DNA of 64,000 nt from the NCBI GenBank assembly GCA_973895155.1, contig OZ316896.1, forward strand, positions 13,186,549 through 13,250,548, read 5' to 3'. The DNA comes from Marsupella aquatica (Eukaryota; Plantae; Marchantiophyta). Below are positions 48,341-61,900 of this stretch, in pieces (the stretch's first letter is position 1; each line of letters opens with the position of its first letter). The position numbers and the translations under genes are program-made. The notes beneath the pieces were generated by a model, which saw nothing but the letters and a program-made list of their open reading frames with translations, ran no database searches and was not told the DNA's origin.

Positions 48341-51300
48341 ATGGAGATGGCCGCGGTTTCAGCTTGGATCGTCGGTCCTGTTCACGGATCCGTTGCTGCG
48401 CTTCAAACGGCTGCAACCCAGGTATGGATCTCGATTGGAGGCCATAGTGGGTTCTCTTTGAGAGATTCGAGGATTGTCCTGTTCCGTTCCCCCTTTTCTT
48501 TTATTTCAGCTGGATCTTCTGGAGTAGGAGTGGTCATTAAAGGGGAGCTTTTCTGTGATGTTTGGCACATAATTCTTGATCCAGAGTCTAGGGTTTTTCC
48601 ATCGTAAGTATATCTTTGTGTGCAATCTGTGTTGGGCCGCGCGTCCTGTCTCATAGAAATTGGTATCCCGAGTGTTTTCTGGAAGACTGTGGACAGTGTC
48701 CTTCATATAGAAACTAGAACACGCCTTGGAAGCTTTAGAGACAAAACTCAGGTCCTGTGTTTACTCTCGAGATTGCTGTGGAGGTGTCCACGTAGAATTA
48801 GGACTGCTTCACGCGAGAGTTGACGAGCTAAGAGCCAATGTGTGTACAGGATGTTAATTGTTTCCCATGGTTTCCGTCCCAAGAAGTGGGTGAAACTGAT
48901 GTGGTGTGGGTTGCTTTAGTCGTCTTGTGGTGTTTGGTCGATAGATTGCTGTTGGTCAGAGTTCCTGCGCTCTACTTCTGGAGTATGTCATTGCAACAAT
49001 GTAGGAGCCGAGGGGGTCCTTTTCCTTTCCTTTGTCAGCATTCACTGACCACCTGAGAAGTTTGTCTACTTTGCTGTCTTTTTTTGTACAAGTACTTTTG
49101 GTTCACTTCTGAAGCCTGGACCTTCCCGTTTCGTCTTCTGACTCCTGAATTTCTACATTCTGTTTTGCAGTCGGTTGCCACATTCGATGGATTGAGACCG
49201 TGCCCCGTGCTGAGGCAAAGAGCCAACTTGCACCTCCCCGTGGCTCCTCGGAAGTTGACCATCACCGCCGCTGTAAGCTCTCACTTGTATTCCCCTTTGA
49301 ATGACGAGACGAACAAAAAATTACCCTAAGAAACAACCACCGTCGTGTTATCAAGTGGTGGGGTTATGAGTTTTGTCAAGTTGACACATTTGGAGTGTTG
49401 GTTTGAGGCTGGGTCGCTTGTCAATCCAGATTCCAACGAGACAATCATGTAGACTAATATGTTTTGTTTTCAACGGGTAAGATGAATCGAATCACACGAA
49501 ATGGAATTAACTGTTGTATCAAATCCGGTATGACTGGGTAGATTTGAATTTTTGGCAGGGTAATTTATCACCACCAAGTACGCTGTATCTGGTTGATGTG
49601 CACCCACTTTGCTATGAAGGAAAAAAGCCGCGTCCGACGGCTATACTAAATTGGATGGAACTGCTGTTCGAACAAGTCAGCTGTACAGAACCTGTTATTG
49701 CAGTAAGCTCATGCATCCCAACTTTTGAATGGTTGTTCTTGTCGAGATGATAGATCTTTATTGCATTCAGGATTCTCATTAGAGTTCTCTTTCGAGAGTT
49801 GTTGGTGCCCTTGACTTTATTCATTCTCGTTCAGCGCTGAAGTTGTATTGGAATTTCCTGCTCTCAAACTACAGGATAGTTATCTATTGGACTTGTGCTT
49901 AGAACAGGAATGGTAGTTGGCCTGTCCTTTGAACTGGTATGCTTGATTTGGCTGTCCTGATTCATCTTGCTATTCTGATGGACACTCACTTTCTGTCCTT
50001 ATTTTCTCTTAGAGGTGATGGATGGAGAGAGGGGAAACGACTATCGAAGAGGACTATTACCAAGCTACAAGGAGAAGAGAAATAAGTATAAGCCTCTATC
50101 TGGTATCCGTGGACCCTACTTCAAGGGGGATCAGATGGATCTGCGTGATGCCTTTCCTCATATTAAATCTTTTCTTACAGAATGCAATGTGCCGGTAAGT
50201 CCTTAAAGATGACTCTCTTGATTTTTCTTCCGTTTGCTTCCAGGCTTTGGATGGCTGCAGTTTTCCTGCCCTTGCACTCTAGTCTGAGTAAGGCTGAAGT
50301 GAGAGGTCTGTATGGTGTCTGAATAGGTGATAAAAGTTGAAGATGCAGAAGCGGACGATGTTATCGCAACCCTCATGCAGCAGGCTGTCAATAAGGGCAT
50401 GAAAGTAGTCATTGCATCCCCGGATATGGACTATCGACAACTGTTATCGCATACAGTGAAAATGGTGCTTCCACTGCCAGAATTTGGTCGATGGTCTTTC
50501 TACACACTCCAACAATATGTAGCAGAACATGACTGTGATCCAAGCATAGATCTTGGTCTTCGTAAGTTAAATTTGGATCTTTACTTGAAGTTAGTCATTT
50601 GTTCCTAAAACTCCTTTGTGTAGGTTTTTGGCATCGATGGAAACCCAGTTTTCACCTTCTTATCGTTCTTGAGTAAAAATCAAGGCACCAAAGATGTTCC
50701 AGCATTGCTAGACAAGAATTTGTATTGTAGTACACTATTATTTCCTGTTGTTCAACGTGGATTTATATATTAGTAAGTACTAATTGTTTTTGGTTGTATT
50801 GCCAGGGTGCATGTTGGGAGACCAAAGCGACAATGTTCCAGGGCTACAGGAGTGGTCAACAGGTTTTGGGCGGAAAACCGCCTTGAAGCTGATGAAAAAG
50901 CATGGCTCATTGGAAAACTTGCTTGTTGCTTCTGAAACAAGAACAGTTGGCAAACCTTATATCCAGGATGCTCTAGCAAATTACCGAGATGCTCTTTACA
51001 AGAACCTTCGAGTCCTCTCTTTACGAAGGTGATATTGTCTTATCCATTTCTTAGTTTCGTCAATGCCTTTTTATATTCTCGTAGATAGATAGACCCTCTT
51101 CGTCTGACATTTTTGTTCTTACACGGTGGACCGTGGTGAACTGGGTTTCAGCAATTTTTAGAGGATCCCCTAATCAGTCTGTCTGTGATCAGCAAGTCCC
51201 TTTATTACCTTCAGCAGTTTCTTATACAAACCTTGACAGGACTGGATGTGTGGTGTTTTGCGCAGACATCTTGACATTACATTGGAAGACGAATGGTTGA

Positions 51301-51386
51301 GACCACGGGATCGGTCCAATGAGGCTCAGGCATTTAGGCAGTTGCGACAAAGTTTGCAAGGCAGGTTCTCCTACGCCAAACAGTAA
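48341..51386 (+). CDS. Organellar 5'-3' exonuclease (Pol I 5'-3' exo/FEN family; OEX2-like), 7 exons
   Basis: Exons 48341-48421, 49171-49272, 49559-49702, 50015-50194, 50327-50561, 50806-51028 and 51266-51386. Motifs LVDVHPLCYEG, PVIAVMDGERGNDYRRGLLPSYK, EADDVIATL, IASPDMD and GDQSDNVPG...GFGRKTALKL (H3TH). The Ala/Ser/Arg-rich N-terminus resembles a transit peptide. Confidence 0.9.
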
Positions 51387-54300
51387 GACTGTACCTTGTG
51401 TTTGACACGGTTTCTCAATGTACCTTTTTACAAATACTACATGACAACATCGGAGCGTGTCCAGGTAGTAATTAATTGAAGTCATGGGGATCTTCTCTAG
51501 AAGATAATGCGGGCGTCATGTTTCTCCACACATTGCATTATGTTTGGTATCTACAACAATGAACGTACTATTCGTAAGGAAATTGATGCTGATGAAGTTT
51601 ATGCGAAGAAGGGACGATGGGAGAATAAGATTGGAGCAGACTATTTTAATTTAGCATCTCTCTTCTGTCGGGCTTGTTTATGAACCGAACGCTATTTGCC
51701 ACTCGTCATGATTTCGCCCCAGCCAAGATGAACAAACAAGGAAACCCAGAAAAAACTGGAGACTCACATTAAAAGGTCTCACAAGACATTGGTTAGTCGA
51801 ACAGACAAGCAAGTCACCAGCCAATCGCTAGTGACCGAAAGATTGGCAGGTGACTTGCTAGTCCTTTCGAGTATATAGTAATGTACATGAAAACAACCCA
51901 CCACGACTCTTATAGCTCCACCAAACTGCAGTAATGCCCAGCCTGCCACCGTAAGTTCTGACATTTGACCTCTGCAAATTACTTCAAATCTTAGAGATGT
52001 AGAGTGCACCGAAATTGCTACTGAAGCATAATCACTCACTGTGTGTCTTTCTGATCAAGCTCTAATGGCAAGGAACGAAGCAATCATGTTTGTTTGCCTA
52101 TCAACAAGTCTTTCTTTCATGTGATGATGAATTTTCTGTGCGAGTAATACTTCGATCGCTACATAAAAATCACCACACCATCCTCCCATCTCTTGTGCAG
52201 CCAATGTCAAGTCCTGTGGCATTCTCCACCGTACCATGTTAGTGAGGACATTTAGCCCATTGTTAGCTTTCCACCTGTGTGTGGGTTATAGCATGTTCAT
52301 CCTGGGTAGAAATCATCTCCTTCATCATGAGCCACAAAATTCATAGGTCTGACAATGTCGTGACTGCATATGGCAGTACTGGTTTTTCTTGGTTCTCACT
52401 TTGTGTTCATGGGTTGTGGGTTGCAGTCTCTTTGTGTGCTCCCTTTCTTGTGTGCTCTCTTTCTTTGTGTCCTCTTGGCCCTTCGAGCCTCTTGTTTACC
52501 CCTCTTGTTTTATAAAGAAGAGGATCTTCCCCGCCTGAGATAGCAGCTCGTTGCAGGGAAAATATATAACTTGCCCAAGAACAAAAAGTGTCAAACTGGA
52601 AACCAAGATCCAAAGGGAAGGAGACCCAATAAAGGGGACTAAAGTAGGGAAACCTGAAGGAGACCAAAGAGCCAAAAAAGTGCAAGAGTCCCACACTAAG
52701 TCAATAGAAGTAAGGCCCTACTCTGGAGTAAAGGAAGATAAGAGATTGAGACTTCAAAATCACAAGAGGACGCCTCATAGTTGAATAATGTTGGTGCATG
52801 CTCGACTTTCTTTATTTTCTTAATTAAAAGCAATCTCGAAAAAGTCAGTGGTCTCTTTGACAAACCATAGACTACCTCCCCCCCAAAAAGTTGTCCCTTT
52901 GACCAAGCACCCACCCTTCACCAGCGGAAAGGTGCAGTAGAACAGCATAAAGCCCCTGTAGAAGGGATTTGTTGGCTTTGGGATTGCTTAATAATTATAC
53001 TCACCACCAATAGGCTTTTCTCTGAGGGTATGAGGGTTCCATCAGAATAAATAAAATCCCAGAAAAACAGGGATATGATTTTTGGTCGTGTCAAGGTTTG
53101 TTCAGCCACAAGCCCTATCTTATTCCACCTTCAACCTACAGAGAAAGTAATATACCCCCTCCACTCCCCTCCACAAAACAAAACAAAATAAAGCTAAATA
53201 CTTTTCAATACAATTGACACAAAAAACTACGTATGTGATATGTGGACACGAACACTTGGCATATTTGGTCTCCTGTATGTACTGCACTCAACTTGGGTTC
53301 CCCAATGAGCTTTGGAGACTCAACAATGAGCCAAGTGGCTGGATTAGAGCCCTGGAATATGCAAGACACATCCACCATGTGAAACCAATAATGCTTCAAA
53401 GAGTGGTATCTGGCAAAAGTATGTTTGCAAGTTAGACCTGACTGAGATATTATCTACAACATTGTAGAAGGTAAAGGGAAAAACTACAGTAGGTCATGGA
53501 CCCAATAAGGTTGAAGTGAGTGATATATCTAACTACCCAAATCCTGTGCCTGTACAGGGAAGGGCTCAGCTTACCCAGGCTCTCATGCCCAGCCTACTCA
53601 CTAGCATAGTCTAATATCAAAACTTGTTACTAGAGAAATTACTATCTAAGGCTTCACTCTACTGAGTAGGTCATGAATGGTAGACTTTGACTAAGAATTA
53701 TACTTTATAATGTATATTAATATAGTTTTGCCAAAACTGAGAAAGGGAGAATCACTCATGTAGACCAGCTTTAACAGTAGCCCCAATTTGAAACACCGAG
53801 GAACTACTATATGTCATTGATGGAATAAAATTGCAGCAGTGAGTAAATATATGAGCATACCAAGAGTATTTGTGACACACACACCCATGATGTCCCGCAC
53901 TGTATGGTCCCTTGGGAATAGCACTACTCAAGGTCCTTTAACTTGCTGAAGGACTGCTCTCCTTTCAACTCTTACCATAACCAATTTAGCTCATTCAAAG
54001 TATGTGGCCGTCATGAAATGACAATCATGTTTGCAAATTCTATGAAAAACATTGAATCCGTGTCAATCTTATTCGTCCAAACTAAGGGTCAACCCTGGCT
54101 GAGTCCATGTCAGTCTTGAACACCTTTAAAATTAAATTACCCACAACATTGTGGTGGGTGATGTGTGCTAGATCGCTCTAGCTTGTTTAAGGAAGATCGA
54201 AAGGACATGAAATGGAATATGGGGGTGCAATGAGGCACCCATGTGGGTTACACTGTTTTCTTTCTCTAATACCTCCTTTTGTCCCCTTCTTTCTACTCAC

Positions 54301-55119
54301 AGATATCCACTCTATGACTTTGACCAAAATTTAAAAAACCTTTTGATGTTTGAAAGAAGAGGTTGGCATAATGATGACGGCATTATCCTTCTAATATACT
54401 AAGAGGGCATAAGAAAAGTTGTGAAGGGGGAGGATTTTTCATTTCATAAAATTTGGGGGGGAACAAACGTGGGTGGTGGTAGAGTAGGGAATTTACAAGT
54501 GGACAGCCAAGACCCTCAGTCCCCCCCCCCCCCACAAGTAGGCGCGCTGCTTTCCACCACATATTATTGACCCCTATAATATTGCTTGGGCTTGTGGAGT
54601 GAGACAAAAGGAGATCTACATACCCATCCCTTTTGTTTAGGAATCAACTCACCCTCCTTTGTAAACTTGGGCAAACGTAGTTGGATCACTTTTCTTGTTA
54701 CTGTAGACTATTTCCAATCCTCGATACTTGTGGGGGACTCTTTTTCTTGTTGGCTTTTCGGTCTTCTTAGGTTTTTTTTTCTTGTCCCACACCCCCCCTT
54801 CTCCTTTATTAGGTATTCTGTCTTTGAGATCCTGCCTCACAGTTTATTGTTTTTTGTTCTTTGACAGTGTGATATATATGAACATGAACCGGTAGATAGG
54901 AAACTCGGCTTTGTGATTGTCTATTGCTTCATTGGTGCTCTCAAGGGCCAGGCAGCTGCTGCTGACCTGGTTCTTGCCTTGTGAGTTATGTGAAATGAGT
55001 ACTGTCCATCTGCATAAGCACATCATGTAACATGTGCATTCTATGGACAAGTGTTTGGTTTAACCTGATTTCTTTGTACTATTTGCTTGAGCAACATTTT
55101 GCTTTTTAAATAAAATAAG

Positions 55120-55233
55120 ATTAAGGAGAAATCTGTGAAACCCTACAGAAAGTGATTTGTCAGTCACAACTTTGAACCCAAGACCTATGAGTCACTACTC
55201 AAGTGAACTACCACACAGCAATGCCTCTCTAAG
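55120..55233 (-). mobile_element. tRNA-derived SINE-like repeat (copy 2)
   Basis: Homologous to 20645-20748. The minus strand reads GTGTGGTAG...GGGTTCAAAG, with A/B-box-like spacing. Confidence 0.5.
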
Positions 55234-58200
55234 CTGTTGCCCTTGTGTTGGTAGGAACTTCTTAAGATTTGATTCTGTTAAAAGATTGCAACAATTATAA
55301 ATTAAATTATGTGGTTAAGAGGAGACCGTTCCATAGTTCCTCCAAACTACAGTGTATTTCTGGTTAGTGCTGCATCTAGGCTATCACTAAACTACAAATA
55401 AAATCACTACCATCTATAAGTGCACACACACATTCTTTCATCCATAAGTGCATACATCCTAAGGAGAAGCATTTACTGATACATGCGGTGGACTATTACA
55501 CAGAGTAATTTCACGCACTTATCCAGTTGAATCGTGCAGTGCAAGGGCTGAGGATATGAGGAGTCTGATGTGTGTGACCAACAACAAACACGGGGGAGTG
55601 CATCACTGGTTTTTTATAACTCTTCCTCCTCATCTTGTGTGACTACAGTACATATCTTCACCAAGGTCCTGTCTTCAATCAATCTGGCAATCAATCTAAG
55701 GCCCACCTTAAATGTCTCCCTCCACTGCCCAGTTTGAGACCCTAAACACTATGCCAGGGAATTGCCAAGAGTTCTACATCCCTCACCTCTACTAGTGTTA
55801 GCATAATTAGTGCGACTGGGAATTTAGTGTGACTAACAACAAGAGGGAAATAGATCTTTCTACAGTAAGCCATGCGAGCTAGGGTCAAGGATTTTCATGT
55901 GGAACCTTGGTATCCACCTTCTTTCCATTGGGGAAAAAACCATTGTCTAAACTGCATGATAACAAGAATTCATTACTGTAGCCAAAAATGTGCTTCACCA
56001 GAATTAGTGTGAGTACTACTTGCAGTCAATGGTTTAGCTAATTCTTTTAGGTGGGCCTAAGCCTTAATCTTCCTTGGTCAGTCAGAACCCCCACCGCTAT
56101 CTACCAGGACTCGTTCGTGCAGCCAAGGCCACTGGTTTAGGGTCTCTCAAGAAATTCCTCTTTTTTATACTCGTATGCAATATACTCTGGAGCTTCACCA
56201 AGTTTTTAGTTCATTTGCTCTGTTGGGTAACTGGGGGGCCTATTTTGCTCTTTGCTCTTCCTGGGTTTTTTTCTTCTTAATTTCTCCCCTTCATTGGGTC
56301 TCCTCCCTATCATTGGGTCTCCTCCCTATCATTGGGTCTCCTCACTGTGGGGTAGTCTCTCCCGGCTGTGGTATTTATGTTTGCTATCTATATCTATCCC
56401 TTTATTACTCTGCAACGTTTCCGTTTCAAGGGAAGAAAAATAGTAAAAAAACAAAAATGGTAAGTCCCCCTCTTATATCTTCACTATAGTGTCCATTTGG
56501 AGGGGAAAAAACAAAACAAATAATGTATGTAAGCTTTTCTTCTTTTGAGGGGAATCGACAGAGCACATAATTACAGTGTAACAGCCCGTCAAGCGAGTGC
56601 TGACAAAACACCGACCTCATGTGTCACATGATAATCTAAAGTAAGGCCGTCAGCTTAGATCGTCACCGTCCGAGATAAGTGGGCGCCCCAAAAGCGAAAG
56701 TTTGTCGGCATTTTCATTCTCTGTTCATGGCATGCTCTGGACCACCTGTTCCCCCAAAACTAAATTAAACAAATGCCTTTTGGAGGCAATCATGACATCA
56801 ACTTTCTGCTCCGCATGAAGAGCTTGTCATTATTGCAATGACAAGACAACGCCTATTCTATACAGTAACCCTAGCGTAGGGGCGATCAGCCTCGCGCATG
56901 CACTGTGCACACAGCTACATTTAATATTGTTTCTTCTCATTTACCATGCTACAGTCATGTCTGTGTGCAGAAAGTAAAGCTAATATTAATCATTTTTCCT
57001 TTGCCAATTACCATACTAGAGTAGTAACTTGGTGCCCTATCCCAATTAGGAAGAGTTATGTTCCCCTAATTTGAGTCTTGATTCCCAATTGTGATAACTT
57101 ATGTCTTGTACCACTTGTGACCAACATCAGTAACTCACAATTTAGGGCTGAGGATTTTTTTGTGGTGTTTCAGATTTGAGACACCATAGTGCAGTTGCTG
57201 CAATTTTGGGACGAGTGAATCAACCGGCTGCCAGTGATGTATAGGGGTTGCAGGGATAAGGCCACAGCAAGCCCCTTTGAAAGGAAGCCTACTGTAGACT
57301 GAGGTTTGTTTTCCTGCAGGGGCCTGATCAAATGAAGTTTTGTATTCAAAGTACTATACTGGTAATTTATATTACACTTAGTTTTCACAAAAAGCTTTCT
57401 TAGCTTGATTTTATTCACAGTTCTCACTTGCGAATAGTTGTTTTTATTTAATTCTATAGTCAATTCATAGGTGGCCAATTCAAATATTATCAACTAAAAT
57501 CTTTAGGGTGTGTTTGCTTCCAATTTCAAGCAGACTTTTACTGATAGTAACACCAATTTCATTGTCACACTAATTTTTTAGGAGTGTGATTTTACCACAA
57601 GAACAAAGCGAGAGAAAACGCAAAAAGAGAAGAGAGAGACTCCATAGGTCACTACAATTATATGGAAACGACGAGAGTACATAAAAGACAAAGCAAGGTG
57701 TGACTAACCTAACTCCAGAAGAGCATCTCCTTTGCTTACTAGATTCAGTCTGGTCACCAAGACTTTGCCCAGTCTCCAACAAATTTCGGTAAGGGTGAAA
57801 AGTCGTTCAAATAATAAACACACATCCCAAGTGCAGTGGGGGCTCTGTCCCCGTAAAGTAAATGGCAGTACCTAAATGTCTCCATACAACGTCATATTTT
57901 GGATACGACTGCTGGAACAATAATAAAACTTATTAATTAAAATAAAGACAAGAAACGGTTGCCCACCTGATGAGATGTAAAATTACATTGTTGGAGGTCG
58001 ATGCAATAAGCGGTTTTTCTAATAGTTTCACTTCTCCTTTACTTACAATATCTTTTCTTTTCTTTTTGGGAAAGGAAGGAAACCTTGCCCCAAAACCAGG
58101 ACCCGCACCACTGGCCCGGGAAGCGAAAGAACTTGTGCAGAAAAGGAAACCAAATGAACTGAAATGTGTCGGAGACCGCTTTGGAACTCGATTGGGGTTC

Positions 58201-58762
58201 TTTCACCAGGCTTGGCATTTGGACAAATCTTCACTGCAACTAGTGTTAATTTCAAAAGAAAACTTTGGACTCTACTCATGTATGTCACGAGCAGGTATTC
58301 TGTTATAATGGTTCCATGAGCTTAAACCACAATTGCCATATAAATGGAGAAATGTCCAGGACTTTTATTTATTTATATTATCCTCCTCTACTGTGAAACT
58401 TGCTCCACAATTTCAAAAAAAAGGTACTAAAAATGGAGAAATATGTGTAACCATGTTTTTGTCATGGTTTAAGTTAGTAGCACTAAACTTGTAGCAGCAT
58501 AGAGAATATTGCCTTGAAGTTGGCTTCCATTACCTACCTACCTGCCTCCTCACATTTTGAACAGAGTGCTTTTAGAACAGAGGGGCATCACCTCCTTGTG
58601 TTCACTTATCTCCAACCATGCTACTCCTAACTCTGCGGAGTAATCAACAAGTTGGATGAACATCTACAACACTGAACTGTCCTGTGGTTGTTGCTGAAGA
58701 GTTTTGAGTTGCAGTTTAAACCGGAAGTGTGTCGGGTCTAATTGTAAAATCATCACTGAAAA

Positions 58763-58934
58763 CTATTCTTCAGGGCCTATTGTCTACCCTGAAGCCTCTA
58801 GACCAGGGCCAGACGTATCATAACTGACATTGGAGGTGGCAAATGGAGGTTTGGGGCTGGATGAATCTCTGAAACTGGTTCGAGATTGAATGCCCTCACT
58901 TCCAGTTAGGTTTGAAGAAGGGCACGGAGGCTAG
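58763..58934 (+). mobile_element. 172-bp mini-Helitron-like element
   Basis: 5' CTATTCTTCAGGGCCTATTG. 3' hairpin GCCCTCACTTC...GAAGAAGGGC (58892-58923), followed 7 nt later by CTAG|T, the canonical Helitron 3' architecture. Confidence 0.65.
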
Positions 58935-58967
58935 TAACAATAAACAATGTCATTCCCCAAACTTTGC

Positions 58968-61900
58968 TGTATCTTACTTATAAATCATCAACTACAAGCT
59001 CGAGTTGGGGCCTAGGTATCTTACTTATAAATCATCAACTACAAGCTAGAGTTGGGGCCTAGGCTTCTAGAGTGAAGCCTCTAGACAGTAACTACATGGC
59101 TCATCATGTGTATGGGAAATTTGAATGTCTATGATGTATGTCATATCAAATGATAATCATAAAAGTTTCTAATTATGATTTCTATTTATATTAAAAACTT
59201 ATCTCTATGACCCCACCATATTATATGTGTAATGAAAGTGTGATGTGCATAGAAAAGAGTACCATGGTATGTTATGTATGATTATTAAAATGATTATAAA
59301 CATGATAATTTTTAAAATATTTTATTAACTTTTAAAAAATGTGAATTAAAAAAATATTTTGGTGACATTTTTATTGTTTTCCCCACTCTTCACGTTCAAA
59401 GAACACGGATAATTGGTGTTAATCATATTAAAAAACATAGATTGCACATGGGAACCAGGAGGAGTAAATTTCCATTCACTCTCTTATACTTCTAAAAGAA
59501 CGTAACGTCAATGGCACAGGCAATAAGTCCCACCTAAGGGCCATCATTCTTTTCACCACTCCGACCTGTAATAAGTTTCATCTCAAAGAATTCACCCACT
59601 CAACCTTGCAATAAGTTTCATCTCAAGGCTCGTCCATCATTGTTTTAACAACTCCCCAATTCCAGCTATTTTAAGCACCCCACCTTGCAATAAGTTCCAT
59701 CTCGAGGCCCATCCATCATGAGTTTATTTAACAACTCCCCAATCCTGCTCAGGCTGCTCGAGTACATGGCACCCTGACCCTAAAATAATGCAAGGGTTAT
59801 TAAATGTAATAAACTCCAGACACTGCCCCAGAATAGGGGTCCCAGAATTGGCCGTTAGTTGATAATCAAACTCTCTTCCAAAATCCTACTTTTTGGCAAG
59901 GATCGAGGCGCCCAATAGAGGCCAGCAGTAATTAATGCGCCCCCAAAGGCAATCATTTGGTGTGCCAGATTGCCTGAAACAACTGCCGTGGCCTTTAGCC
60001 CACCCCTCATGATCTCGGATGTGTCCCCATCTTGTCCCTCCCTTAGTCCCTTCGCCACCTCATTGCTAACCATGACTATTTATAAACCCCTCTGTCAAGT
60101 TTGTCGCTACACTGGCTGCTCACTACTCATTTAGCGGACTAAATCTAGCCCATACTCGTGACCAAGATAAAGGCAAGTTCCGTCGTAATCTGGGTTGGGC
60201 AGATAGTAATTAATTAATAACAAATTGGCGGGCAAAGCCAAGATTATATCTCCCGAAAATTGTGGGTCTAAAAAATGTTGGGGCAGTTCGGGGAATGTGG
60301 AGAATGAAATTACGTTCCATTAGCCTGAAAGCTTTATATGCGGCCAAGAGTCTCCGAAATTGGGTCATGGGTTGAAATAAGCAAGGGAATGCATTGCCAA
60401 CGAAAACCAGTAAAAATAGCCTGAGAAAAACTTTTTGGTCAATCGATGGTCTCCTGAAAAGATAATGGAAACAGTAAATTGATTTTTAGCAGTTGAGAAT
60501 CATGGATCACTACGGTAATCTGGTTGGCCCCTACTTTCCATAGCAGACTACATCTAGACCACGCTAAGCTAGATAAAGGGAAGTTCTGTAGTGATTTGCG
60601 CAAACAAGTAATAATTAATTAGAAATCGGCCAACACGGCCCAAACCTGACCTCCCAAAAGCAGTGCGCTGGATAAATATGGGGCAGTTTTGGGAGAGTAA
60701 ATTAAGTTCCAAGTAGCACAGCTCCAAAACCCTTGTATGAGGCAAAAATGTCGAGAAATGCTGTGTTACTCGTTGAAATAGGATACGAACACATGTTTTA
60801 TACCTAACACAATACCAAAGGAGAAAAGGCCCCAGCAAGACACAGGACACTGGATACCAAAGGTAAGAAAATACTTGTTGGTCTGAATTTCTTTTGAGAA
60901 TTAGCAATTGAGAATTACGGACATGATTAACTCACTTCTACGAGTCACGTGTTTGACAATTAATGTTGCCTTGTAGTTGAGTGAACAATGACAGGAAACT
61001 GCTACAGCCTGTTACTCTCCTTGAATGAAAAAATTTCAAGTGTCACTAAGTACTAGTGAACCCCACTTTTGGAGGAGGATGTGTGTTAAACTCTGGAGTG
61101 GAGTAAAAGAATGTACTAATGTCACTAGAGATCTCTGTACCCCACTTTTGGGGGGATCTCTGTTAAAAGGGAAAACAAGGCCAGCAAATTTCGAACCCGC
61201 ACCCTCCCTGGCCACATTCTCACCCATCTACCATCAGGATAGAGCCCGCTGGATGTTAACAGTGGCACGTTTCACATATTTAGTTTCATTCTACGCACAG
61301 CTAACCTGCGCCGACCGGCTACCGGCAGCGACCGCCTGCACAACGGACATCATTCAATTCGATTCCCGTGACTTATAGAAGGAAATCATGATTACCACTA
61401 CTTTATCTGGCCGGCCGCTAGTTAGTAGAGTGGACTACATCTAGCCCCCACTACAGTTGTGAGCAAGATAAAGGCAAGTTTGTCGCCACTCTTAGCGTCT
61501 CTAATTTCGGAGAAAGGACTTTTTTTGTGTCAGGTTTGTCGCCACTCTGGCCAGCCGCTAGTCAGTTTAGCGGAGATGTAGAGCGCGTGAGGAAGGGAAA
61601 AGACACACAGTATCTATGTACCCACTTTATGGCCAAAACAGTACCTTGTTTTCTGACCTGCCACATCTGTAACTACTGCCACTGCAGTGGGACCCGAGCT
61701 TCACTAAATGCAACATGCTACAGTGAATCCGGGTTTTTCTGCGAACTGTGGTTAACAAACATACTCTTAAATTGGTGCCAACACTAATCTTACATAAGAG
61801 CGAGCCTCTGAACTCCATGGTGAGCAATGGATTTGTTTCTTTGTCTTTAAATAGCATCTGGGAATGGTTAATTAGTTTTGTTTGTCTCGAAAGTGATTTT

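Noticed and set aside
39674-51386. Functional link between the hybrid-binding ORF and the nearby 5'-3' exonuclease gene
   Set aside because: The ORF lies inside a TSD-bounded retrotransposon and the exonuclease is an ordinary, probably organelle-targeted host gene. Proximity is most simply chance.
52400-54870. LINE-like 3' tails and ORF scraps (also ~56200-56450)
   Set aside because: Compositionally suggestive, but I could identify no RT/endonuclease motifs or TSDs.
55385-55829. CACTAAA...TTTAGTG as CACTA element ends
   Set aside because: Only 7 bp of inverted match and no 3-bp TSD.
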